Position numbers and translations under genes: made by a program
Source of the DNA: Candidatus Parcubacteria bacterium
Lineage (GTDB): Bacteria > Patescibacteriota > Patescibacteriia > CAIXNZ01
Assembly (NCBI GenBank): GCA_026395685.1
Contig: JAPLYG010000008.1
Span: 15,225-79,224, forward strand
Direction: 5' to 3'
DNA: 64,000 bases
The notes under the pieces: model-generated
Told to the model about the DNA's origin: nothing
The model's database searches: none
The model's input: only the letters and a program-made list of their open reading frames with translations
Shown: positions 48,136 to 57,091 of the stretch, one piece after another
How positions within the stretch are numbered: the first letter of the stretch is position 1
How the letters are laid out: the number at the start of each line of letters is the position of its first letter

Positions 48136-49377
48136 TTACCTCTTTTTGCGTAATATCGTCATTACGGGGACTTCTTTACTCAATTGTATCAAAATTGCCT
48201 TATCTTGTCCTCCATGGACTTCCTTAACAAACTTCTTCTCGTCTAAATCAAATATTTCAGGGATTTTAAATTTAAAATTTTCACCCTTAGGAACTATGGC
48301 CTCAACCTCATCTCCCTGCCGTATTACATTATGCACTTTAATTACCACTTTAGGACTTTCGACTTTAGACTTTAGACTTTTTATGATTTCACCGCAGAAT
48401 TCCACATCAGGCCGCACATACGGCGCATCATATTTCTGCATTTTAAACTTTTCCGTCCCAAAATAAAAACCTGTCGTAAATTCCCTGTTAGAAATTTTAT
48501 TCAACTCCTGAAATAACCTATTAATCATTACCTTTCGTATTTTCGTACTTTTTCGTACTTTCGTAAGATCAATACCCTGTCTATACACCTTCACCACATT
48601 CGCTAAGTACGAAATGCTCTTGGTCCTGCCCTCAATCTTAAAATGCTTAACCCCAGCTTTAGCCAGTTCATCCAGATACTTAATCATACAGATATCCTTA
48701 GAGCTCATTATATATGTCCCATTGTTATCTTCTTCAACCGGAATAAATTTGCCGGGGCGGGTTAATTCTTCCAGATATAATTTATAAGCCCAGCGGCAGG
48801 GATGAGAGCAATCGCCTAAATTCGCACTGCGCTGGTTAAAATAGGCAGACAATAAACAGCGTCCGGAATAAGAAACACACATGGCACCGTGGACGAAAAC
48901 TTCCAATTCCAATTGCGGGACTTTCTTATGAATCTCTGCAATTTCATTAATGCTTAATTCCCGGGCCAAAATTATACGCTTAACGCCCTGCTCATACCAA
49001 AACTTTGCAGCTTGCCAATTTGTGCAATTTGCCTGGGTAGACAAATGCAAATCGATTTTTTTCAGATATTTTTTAGCCAAGGCCAGAATGCCGGGATCGG
49101 AAATTATTACTGCATCAGGCTTTATTTTTGCCAATAACTGCAATTGTTTTTCAACTTTGGGCAAATGATAATTATGGGCATAAATATTAACCGTAACATA
49201 TACTTTTTTACTGCGCTGATGTGCATATTTTATTGCTTCTTCTAATTTTTTCGGGGTATAATCATTGACTCTGGCGCGTAAACTTAAATCAGGCAAACCC
49301 AGATAAACTGAATCTGCCCCGTATTCCAAGGCGTATTTCATTTTAATAAAGTTGCCGGCTGGCGCTAGTAATTCCAT
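48136..49377 (-). CDS. U32-family peptidase (RlhA/TrhP-like)
   Basis: MELLAPAGN..ALEYGADSVYLG N-terminal U32 signature; contains in-frame short tandem repeats. Confidence 0.8.
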   Translation of the reverse strand: MELLAPAGNFIKMKYALEYGADSVYLGLPDLSLRARVNDYTPKKLEEAIKYAHQRSKKVYVTVNIYAHNYHLPKVEKQLQLLAKIKPDAVIISDPGILALAKKYLKKIDLHLSTQANCTNWQAAKFWYEQGVKRIILARELSINEIAEIHKKVPQLELEVFVHGAMCVSYSGRCLLSAYFNQRSANLGDCSHPCRWAYKLYLEELTRPGKFIPVEEDNNGTYIMSSKDICMIKYLDELAKAGVKHFKIEGRTKSISYLANVVKVYRQGIDLTKVRKSTKIRKVMINRLFQELNKISNREFTTGFYFGTEKFKMQKYDAPYVRPDVEFCGEIIKSLKSKVESPKVVIKVHNVIRQGDEVEAIVPKGENFKFKIPEIFDLDEKKFVKEVHGGQDKAILIQLSKEVPVMTILRKKR

Positions 49378-49464
49378 TTGGATATATTTAGTGTCTTGAC
49401 ATTTTTTGCTATTTACAGTACTATACTTTTGTCCCCTTACAATATGATATTTGGAGGTTTTTAC

Positions 49465-49956
49465 ATGAAAACCAGGAAAAAAAGGTCGATGAAAGCAAAG
49501 ACAATTATCTTAGTCGGTATCTATGTTCATCCGGTCAAAGGACTTTTAATGATCCAGTCTCCCAGCGGTAACTTACTATTGCCCGGAGGGAAAATCAATC
49601 ATTCGATGCGTCCCCGCATGAGCCAGATCCAGAAAAGACGTGAAAATTTGAAGCTCCAGCAGACTACTTTTGAAAAAAGCGGGTTTATGCTTGATCCTGC
49701 TCCGCCTATAGTTCTTTATCCTATCAAGGGCATGCTTTATAAATGTTTCAGATTAATACAGAGTACTACCTTAAATTTGTGCTGGGCAATAAATCCCAAT
49801 TATAAAGCTATTTATCTGCAGCCTGATTTGGAGATGATTAATAATATGCCTGAAATTCCTGATGAAGATAAAAAAATTATCAATGATTTTTTGGGAAAAG
49901 GATCTGTCAAAAGCGCTGATTACGCCCAATCTGTCTGCAATATTGTTTCCTTATAA
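49465..49956 (+). CDS. hypothetical protein, SD-led
   Basis: GGAGG 7 nt upstream of ATG; upstream part of ORF-track ORF lacks start signals. Confidence 0.45.
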   Translation: MKTRKKRSMKAKTIILVGIYVHPVKGLLMIQSPSGNLLLPGGKINHSMRPRMSQIQKRRENLKLQQTTFEKSGFMLDPAPPIVLYPIKGMLYKCFRLIQSTTLNLCWAINPNYKAIYLQPDLEMINNMPEIPDEDKKIINDFLGKGSVKSADYAQSVCNIVSL

Positions 49957-49963
49957 GAAATTA

Positions 49964-49993
49964 CGCGTCCCGTATAGCGGGACGCTTTTTTTA
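49964..49993 (+). terminator. rho-independent terminator
   Basis: GCGTCCC..GGGACGC + T8. Confidence 0.65.
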
Positions 49994-51454
49994 TTTTAAT
50001 AATTTCAAAATTAAATTTACGCCAAAACCGCTGGAACCATGATTAAGCCATGATTTACTGCCATCTGACCAAGCTACACCGGCAATATCAAGATGACTCC
50101 AGGGATAATTAACAAATTCTTTCAAAAAAGCCGCGCCCGTAATGGCTCCGCCATATCTCGTAGTGGCAATATTTCTCACGTCAGCAATCTTACTTTTTAT
50201 TAAATCGCTATATTCATTATCTAAAGGCATTGGCCAGACTAATTCGTCAATTTCAATTCCCGCTTTATCAATCTGATTTATCAAAGCTTGATTATTGCCA
50301 AAAAGTCCGGCTCTCAAAGTACCCAAAGCCACCAAGCAAGCGCCAGTTAAAGTTGCTAAATCTATTACGAATTCCGGCTTATACTTTTGAGCATAGCTTA
50401 AAGCATCAGCCAAAATTATACGGCCCTCGGCATCAGTATTTAATACTTCAATAGTTTTATGGTTTGCCGCCAATAATATATCACCTGGCTTATAGGCTTT
50501 GCCTGAAGGCATATTTTCGCAGGCAGGTATCAAACCAATTACGTTAACTTTTAGACCCAACTCACAAATAGCTTTAAACGCGCCCAAAACTGAGCCGCCT
50601 CCCGCCATGTCCATTTTCATCTCATCCATATTATCACCGGGCTTAAGAGAAATTCCGCCTGAATCAAAAGTAATAGTTTTTCCGACAAAAACTTTGGGCT
50701 TAGCGCCTTTTTTTCCGTTCAAATATTCTAAAATAATAAACTGCGGTTTATGCTGAGAACCGGCTGATACTCCCAAAAGTCCGCCCATCCCCTGTTTAAT
50801 CATTTCAGTTTGAGATAAGATTTTAACTTCCAGATTTTTATGTTTCTTCGCCAAATCAGCTGCTTCATCCGCAAAATATTGCGGAGTAATCTTATTAGAC
50901 GGATGATTAACTAAATCTCGGGTATAATTGATTGCCTGTCCGATAACTTCCATTTCAGCTATAACTTTTTTCAATTTATCAGAAGCCGGGAGATTTATAA
51001 AATTTATTTCTTTAATAAAAGAGGCTTCCTTGCCTTTACTTTGGTAGGCAATAAATTTATAATTGGCCAGATTAAAATATTTAACCAGCATGGCCATTAT
51101 TTGCTCCCTATTTTTATATTTGCTGGCAGCGCCTTCCGGCCAATCCAGGTCAATTTGAGTAATTTTTTTCTTTTCCAAAGATTTTACCAAATTACCGATG
51201 GCCTTACCCAAAGTATGCTGAGTAAAATTTTCCTTTTCCCCCAAGCCAACCAGAATCAAGCGTTCTAACTTTTTACCGTCCATTAAAGGATAGCTAAAGA
51301 CTTCGCCTGCGCCTGCTTCAAATTCCTTATTGCTGATAATTTGCTTTAGAATTTTATCATGATCGGGGGAATTGAATTTCATTTCTTTCTCAAATGCAAA
51401 ATAGACAGTGTTGGAACTGATTTTTTGTTTATTGATGGTAAATTTAATAATCAT
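49991..51454 (-). CDS. pepA: leucyl aminopeptidase (M17)
   Basis: NTDAEGRIILADAL motif and overall M17 layout. Confidence 0.85.
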   Translation of the reverse strand: MIIKFTINKQKISSNTVYFAFEKEMKFNSPDHDKILKQIISNKEFEAGAGEVFSYPLMDGKKLERLILVGLGEKENFTQHTLGKAIGNLVKSLEKKKITQIDLDWPEGAASKYKNREQIMAMLVKYFNLANYKFIAYQSKGKEASFIKEINFINLPASDKLKKVIAEMEVIGQAINYTRDLVNHPSNKITPQYFADEAADLAKKHKNLEVKILSQTEMIKQGMGGLLGVSAGSQHKPQFIILEYLNGKKGAKPKVFVGKTITFDSGGISLKPGDNMDEMKMDMAGGGSVLGAFKAICELGLKVNVIGLIPACENMPSGKAYKPGDILLAANHKTIEVLNTDAEGRIILADALSYAQKYKPEFVIDLATLTGACLVALGTLRAGLFGNNQALINQIDKAGIEIDELVWPMPLDNEYSDLIKSKIADVRNIATTRYGGAITGAAFLKEFVNYPWSHLDIAGVAWSDGSKSWLNHGSSGFGVNLILKLLK

Positions 51455-51549
51455 AATGATATTTCTTAACCACAGATCAGACTCACAGATAACACAGATA
51501 TTATGGGCAATCAGTGTAATCAGTGAATAAAATCAGTGGTTCCGTTCTT

Positions 51550-54474
51550 CTACTTAATTATACTTATATTTATCTTCTGCCCGTTTATTTCCAATTCAAC
51601 CGTCCCCTTCCCTGCGCTCAATTTTTTCGTCAAAGTCGCGGTTTTAATTTCCTCACCAAATTTTGCCAAAGTATCTTTTAATTCATTTGATTCAGTTTCA
51701 TAAGCTACTTCAACCATATCGCCGATGGACAATCCCATTTCTTTTCTTTGGCTATTAATCTGACGAATCAATTCCCGGGCATTACCCTCCAGCTTTAAAT
51801 CTTCAGTCATGGTAATATCCAGGCAAACTTTGTAATTTTCATCAGCGCCAACTTTCAAATTATCGCCAGCCGGTAATTTATCAGTCACCACAATTTCTTT
51901 AACATTGACTTCATCTTTGATCAGATAGAATAATTCTTCGGGTAAAGACTTTTTAGTAATATATAATTTATCCAATGGCTGGCGCACTTTGAATCCGCTA
52001 GCTGCCCTGACTGACAAGGCTTGCTCGATAATCTTCCGGGCCACATCCATCTGTTCAATTAGCTTAGTATCAATCAAATCAGCGGAAACTTCAGGCCAGT
52101 CTTCCAGGTGAATACTCTCTTTAGGCGCACCTAATTTGCCGTATAATTCTTCGGAGATAAAAGGCAAGAAAGGAGCCGCTATTTTGCATAAATCAATTAA
52201 GACATAATTAAAGGTGGCCAAAGCTTGCTTTTTATCTTCCATATTATCACCTTTAAATCTATCGCGGCTGCGGCGCACATACCAGGTTGAAAGCTCATTG
52301 ATAAAATCGCCAATCGGGCGCGCAGCGCGGGTGAGATCAAAATTATCCATTTGTTCCGTCACTTCCTTTATTAACAAGGTAAACTTAGCCACAATCCATT
52401 TATCCAGAATATTCTGCAAATCCCCGGGCTTTAATTCCCTGTTAAATTCAATACTTGGTTCGTACAAGGCAAAAAAACTATATATATTATTCAGGAGCAT
52501 GACGGTTTTCCTCATTGATTCTTCGACTAAACGATCGCTGAATCTGTAATCCTCGCCGACAGGAGAAGAAGTCAGTAAAAAGAAACGGACAGCATCAACT
52601 CCGACTTTATCAAATAAAAGTCCTGGTTCAGTATAGTTCTTCAAACGTTTTGACAATTTCTTGCCGTCTTCGGCCAGAATCAAACCATTAACAATGACAT
52701 TCTTGAATGCCGGCTTATTAAATAAAGCCGTACCCAAAACATGCAAGGTGTAAAACCAGCCGCGGGTTTGATCCAAGCCTTCGGCAATAAAGTCAGCCGG
52801 AAAACCGGATTCAAATTTTTCCTTATTTTCAAAAGGATAATGATACTGAGCATATGGCATGGAACCGGATTCAAACCAGCAGTCAAATACTTCTTCTATA
52901 CGGCTCATCTGTCCGCCGCAAGCGCATTTAAAATGAACTTCATCAATATAAGGACGATGCAAATCTTTAATTTCTTCATTTCCTAATTCCTGTCGTGAAC
53001 CCACTACTTTAATTTGATTACATTTTTCGCATTGCCAGACAGGCAATGGCGCTCCCCAGAAACGATTGCGTGACATATTCCAATCTCGAGCGCCTTCCAG
53101 CCACTTGCCGAAACGTCCTTCTTTAATATGTTCAGGCACCCAGCGAATGCCTTTATGCTTTTTCCCATTCGGATCTTTCAGTTCCTTGCTGCTGTTATTT
53201 TTTATTAAATTGTCGGAAATTTTGGTTACCGTTACATACCAGGCGTCTAAGGCGTAATAAATAAGAGGGCTGTCACAGCGCCAGCAAAAAGGATATTCAT
53301 GTTCAATCGTTTCTTCCAGCGCTGAGATCAAAATTCCCCGTTCTTTCAAATCCGCCATTATCTTTGGATCAGCCGCTTTGACAAACATACCGGCATAATC
53401 CGTTACTTCAGGCTTAAATTTGGCTTCCAAATCAATAGTCATTAATGTCGGCAAATCATTTTTTTTGCCGACCTCCATATCATCAATGCCAAAAGCCGGA
53501 GCAATATGGACAATTCCGGTACCATCTTCTGTGGATACAAAATCAGCAGAAATTACATAATATGCTTTTTGCTTTAAATTCTTAGTATAATAATCAAAAA
53601 TCGGTTCATATTCCCAACCTAGCAAATCCTTGCCCTTGAAATATTCGACAAACTCAAAAGCATCAAAATATTTTTCAATTACCTCAAGCCGCGCCTTGGC
53701 CAAGATTAAAAACTCATTATTTACTTTAACTTTCACATATTCAATTTTTGGCCCGACTGCCAAGGCTACATTTGAAGGCAAGGTCCAAGGAGTAGTTGTC
53801 CAAACCAAAAAATATGTATTTTCCTGGCCTTTAATTTTCACTTTAAAATAAATTGAAGGATCTTTGGTCTTGGCATAACCCTGATTAACTTCAAAATTTG
53901 AGAGCGGGGTACCGCAACGAGGACAATAGGGAGTAACACGATAGTCCTTGTAAACTAACCCCTTATTATATAGCTCTTTAAAAGCCCACCAGACGCTTTC
54001 AATATATTCATTATTTAAAGTCGCATATTCATTGGTATAGCTAGCCCAACGTCCAATGCGCCTGAAAGTATCTTTCCATTCATCAACACAGGTAAAAACT
54101 GAGGCACGGCAAGCGTCATTGAAAACTTTAATACTGTTATATTCATTATCCGCCAAGCCCAAAATATCCTTCTTGGATTTAAGTTTCATTTGCTTCTCAA
54201 TCATATTTTCTACGGGCAATCCATGACAATCCCAGCCAACAGTTCTTTCTACTTTGTAGCCACGCATGGTCCAATAGCGGGTAACAGTATCCTTTAAAGT
54301 TGAAGCTAAAACATGGCCATAATGCGGGGAGCCAGAAGCAAAAGGCGGGCCGTCATAAAAACTAAAAACCGGCGCACCTTCGCGCTGTTTAACTGATTTT
54401 TCAAAAATTTTATTATCTTCCCAAAACTTGATGACTTTTTCTTCATTTTGGGCGATTTGACTCTTATTTTCCAT
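51550..54474 (-). CDS. ileS: isoleucyl-tRNA synthetase
   Basis: HYGH (HIGH) motif, KLSKRL (KMSKS) motif, 974 aa. Confidence 0.9.
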   Translation of the reverse strand: MENKSQIAQNEEKVIKFWEDNKIFEKSVKQREGAPVFSFYDGPPFASGSPHYGHVLASTLKDTVTRYWTMRGYKVERTVGWDCHGLPVENMIEKQMKLKSKKDILGLADNEYNSIKVFNDACRASVFTCVDEWKDTFRRIGRWASYTNEYATLNNEYIESVWWAFKELYNKGLVYKDYRVTPYCPRCGTPLSNFEVNQGYAKTKDPSIYFKVKIKGQENTYFLVWTTTPWTLPSNVALAVGPKIEYVKVKVNNEFLILAKARLEVIEKYFDAFEFVEYFKGKDLLGWEYEPIFDYYTKNLKQKAYYVISADFVSTEDGTGIVHIAPAFGIDDMEVGKKNDLPTLMTIDLEAKFKPEVTDYAGMFVKAADPKIMADLKERGILISALEETIEHEYPFCWRCDSPLIYYALDAWYVTVTKISDNLIKNNSSKELKDPNGKKHKGIRWVPEHIKEGRFGKWLEGARDWNMSRNRFWGAPLPVWQCEKCNQIKVVGSRQELGNEEIKDLHRPYIDEVHFKCACGGQMSRIEEVFDCWFESGSMPYAQYHYPFENKEKFESGFPADFIAEGLDQTRGWFYTLHVLGTALFNKPAFKNVIVNGLILAEDGKKLSKRLKNYTEPGLLFDKVGVDAVRFFLLTSSPVGEDYRFSDRLVEESMRKTVMLLNNIYSFFALYEPSIEFNRELKPGDLQNILDKWIVAKFTLLIKEVTEQMDNFDLTRAARPIGDFINELSTWYVRRSRDRFKGDNMEDKKQALATFNYVLIDLCKIAAPFLPFISEELYGKLGAPKESIHLEDWPEVSADLIDTKLIEQMDVARKIIEQALSVRAASGFKVRQPLDKLYITKKSLPEELFYLIKDEVNVKEIVVTDKLPAGDNLKVGADENYKVCLDITMTEDLKLEGNARELIRQINSQRKEMGLSIGDMVEVAYETESNELKDTLAKFGEEIKTATLTKKLSAGKGTVELEINGQKINISIIK

Positions 54475-54733
54475 AACTATTAAATATTATTAAATAAATA
54501 TTCAAATCTCTAATGCCTAATGCCAAATACCTAATACCCTTAATAACCTTATTTTAGCGAAAAACCACCTTTTTGTCAAAAATATAAATTACTCTAAATC
54601 TACTAGTTTATTTCATCAAATTGAATATTATTTTAACAAATAGTTCCTATTGACAAAATATTAATATTTTGCTAACTTTAAATAGAATCAAAGTTGTCAT
54701 TATTTTTTACATCACAAAAAAAAGGAGAGTGTC

Positions 54734-55120
54734 ATGGGAGGAGAGGATACTAAGAATTGGGACCTGAATAAAAATGCTTTAGTACGTCTGGGAGTCATTG
54801 CGGTTTTATTATGTTTGATGTTATTCCTTGGCTTTATTGCCGGATCTAACGCCTCAAAAGGAAAAGCAGGAACTTTGAAAGCCGGGGAATATCATGCTTA
54901 CAGCGTGCAAAAAGCTTTCACCCCGCAGGGGAACCCGATTTATTGGATCCTTGCTGAAGAGACAAAAGATGTGAATTTGTGTCCTAATGGAGCAGTTCCA
55001 GTTATTCAATCGGGAACACTGAAATTTTACGAAGTTCCTCGCGAACGTGTAACAAATCTTGAGTACGACAGCAACCCAGATCCAAAATTCAATTACCAGG
55101 GAGAAATCATCATAAAGTAA
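54734..55120 (+). CDS. small membrane-anchored hypothetical protein (paralog of 56504..56953), SD-led
   Basis: AAGGAGAG SD; shares KAGEYHA...KAF.P...P.YW...FY..PR.RVTNL with paralog. Confidence 0.55.
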   Translation: MGGEDTKNWDLNKNALVRLGVIAVLLCLMLFLGFIAGSNASKGKAGTLKAGEYHAYSVQKAFTPQGNPIYWILAEETKDVNLCPNGAVPVIQSGTLKFYEVPRERVTNLEYDSNPDPKFNYQGEIIIK

Positions 55121-55134
55121 TCCCCACCCCATCC

Positions 55135-55166
55135 AAAACCGCGTGCTGCTAGCCGCGGTTTTTTCT
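55135..55166 (+). terminator. rho-independent terminator
   Basis: AACCGCG..CGCGGTT + T6. Confidence 0.6.
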
Positions 55167-55240
55167 TTAAAATAACCATATTACTCAAATTCCCCCATTT
55201 TTGCTATACTTAATTTAATAAGGACGAAGTTTAAAGTATG

Positions 55241-55318
55241 AAGTACGAAGCCAAAAATTTCAAACTTCATACTTTCCCGCGTAGCGGGAAGCCGCTCCGC
55301 GGATCATTCTTCGTACTT
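55241..55318. repeat. IR-flanked (AAGTACGAAG/CTTCGTACTT) element containing tandem hairpins CCCGCGTAGCGGG + GCCGCTCCGCGG
   Basis: Same tandem hairpins as 37703-37730; flanks match the AAGTATGAAGTACGAAG repeat family. Confidence 0.55.
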
Positions 55319-55344
55319 ATAATTAAATAATTAATTCTCAATCT

Positions 55345-56310
55345 ATGGAAAACAATCAGATTGCCAAGCGCGGCTTGAGTTTAGTTAAAAAAATTATTAT
55401 TGCAGTAGTTATCGCAATTATCGTAATTATTGCCTTGTTTATCTTTGTTGTTTCATATTTTAGCAAAGACTTAGCTAGCCCGGATTATTCCAGCCAAAGT
55501 ATGGGGTTTGCCAGTGATTCATTCAGCGACTCAATATCATTATCTTCGGGTCAAAAAATGGCAAGGGAAGAAACTGCCACCCCGCCGTCAGCCGGCACCA
55601 CCTCTGCGCCAATTGACCAAAAAATAATAAAAACAGGCAGTCTAAATATTATGGTTGCTGAAGTGGAGCAGACAGTCAGTAAAATAACCAATGAAACTTC
55701 AGCCATGTCAGGTTTTGTACAAAATTCTAATATCAGCGAGACTACAACCGGTCAAAAATACGCCAATCTTGTAGTGCGTGTTCCTGCTGCCAATTTTGAC
55801 AAAATGATAACTAAAATTAAATCTTTTGCCCAGCTGGTTGAGCGCGAAGACATCAATGGACAGGAAGTAACCCAGCAATATGTTGATTTACAATCCTCGC
55901 TGACTCACAATCTGGCAGTTGAAGCTCAGTATCTGGAACTTTTAAAACGCGCTCAAAAAGTTGAAGAAATTATTGCCGTACGCGAAAAGCTGGATCAGGT
56001 TCAGGCGGAAATCGAGAATCTCAAGGGCAGAATTAGATATTTGGACAATCAGACTGAAATGTCCACCATTAGCATCAATATTTCCAGCGAAGCCAAAGTA
56101 ACTTTGCCGGCTGAGAAATGGCAGCCCTGGGAAATAGTTAAACAATCTGCGCAAAGACTGATTGTCGGCCTGCAAAATTTCATTAACTTTATTATTGTTC
56201 TAATCTTTACTTTAATTGCGCTCCTACCTTACCTGCTGCTAATTTATGTTATTTATTTACTGGTCAAAATGATTTACAAAAAGTTTAAAAAGCCAAAGCA
56301 ACTAAAATAA
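55345..56310 (+). CDS. DUF4349-like protein with N- and C-terminal TM segments
   Basis: VRVPAANFD, QEVTQQYVDLQSSL, coiled coil then MSTISINI pattern resembles DUF4349. Confidence 0.6.
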   Translation: MENNQIAKRGLSLVKKIIIAVVIAIIVIIALFIFVVSYFSKDLASPDYSSQSMGFASDSFSDSISLSSGQKMAREETATPPSAGTTSAPIDQKIIKTGSLNIMVAEVEQTVSKITNETSAMSGFVQNSNISETTTGQKYANLVVRVPAANFDKMITKIKSFAQLVEREDINGQEVTQQYVDLQSSLTHNLAVEAQYLELLKRAQKVEEIIAVREKLDQVQAEIENLKGRIRYLDNQTEMSTISINISSEAKVTLPAEKWQPWEIVKQSAQRLIVGLQNFINFIIVLIFTLIALLPYLLLIYVIYLLVKMIYKKFKKPKQLK

Positions 56311-56319
56311 CAGCCTATC

Positions 56320-56347
56320 AAAACGCCCCTTTAATCGGGGCGTTTTT
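56320..56347 (+). terminator. rho-independent terminator
   Basis: AAACGCCCC-TTTAATC-GGGGCGTTT + T run. Confidence 0.7.
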
Positions 56348-56503
56348 AGTATTGACCTAATAGAAATAATCTGCTATAATAATATATTAGAACTTAAGGT
56401 TAATTAATGTCTATTTATGAGGTAATTTTTTAATATAGGCAATGGTAGGCAAAGTATTCTTTGATAAAACTTACACAGCAATTATTTAAAAGGAGATGGC
56501 AGG

Positions 56504-56953
56504 ATGGAAAAAGAAAAAATTAACCACGGTAGAATGGAAGAGGAAAAAGATAACCATTGGAGGAATGAATTTACAGTGTTTATTGCATTAGTCATTGCCA
56601 GCTTATCCTTTGGAGCCGGAGCATGGTATGGAAACAATGTCGGCAATGGTCAACCAATATACAATGTAAAGGCGGGTGAATATCATGCTTTCTTAACTCA
56701 TAAAGCATTCAACCCTTACACCGGAGAACCTGTTTATTGGGTTATTGGCACTGAACTTAAACTAAAACTGATTCCTATAGGGAATACTACTGTTAATGCG
56801 GAGGTGATTCAAGAAACTATTCAATTTTACCAAATCCCACGCAGCAGGGTCACTAACCTGCCCCATGACGATCTTCTTAACGACATCTATGATCAGCAAA
56901 CCGGAGGATTAATTTCAAAATTTGATTACGAAGGGAAAATCACTGTAAAGTAG
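56504..56953 (+). CDS. small membrane-anchored hypothetical protein (paralog of 54734..55120), SD-led
   Basis: AAGGAGA SD; conserved blocks with paralog. Confidence 0.55.
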   Translation: MEKEKINHGRMEEEKDNHWRNEFTVFIALVIASLSFGAGAWYGNNVGNGQPIYNVKAGEYHAFLTHKAFNPYTGEPVYWVIGTELKLKLIPIGNTTVNAEVIQETIQFYQIPRSRVTNLPHDDLLNDIYDQQTGGLISKFDYEGKITVK

Positions 56954-56968
56954 TACTCTGTTTCCCAC

Positions 56969-56997
56969 GACCGCGGGTCCATCCGCGGTCTTTTTTT
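56969..56997 (+). terminator. rho-independent terminator
   Basis: GACCGCGG..CCGCGGTC + T7. Confidence 0.7.
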
Positions 56998-57036
56998 ATC
57001 GGGGAATAAAAAGCCCAGACAAATTCAATAAAATGT

Positions 57037-57072
57037 TTAAAAAAACACTCCGTTTAAACGGAGTGTTTTTTA
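57037..57072. terminator. bidirectional terminator hairpin (A-run/stem/T-run)
   Basis: ACACTCCG-TTTAAA-CGGAGTGT flanked by A9 and T6. Confidence 0.65.
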
Positions 57073-57091
57073 TTCTATATTATTTTAACAT

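Noticed and set aside
48353-48566. Short tandem repeats considered as a CRISPR array
   Set aside because: Units are 9-10 nt, contiguous without spacers, and in-frame inside a conserved CDS; no cas genes
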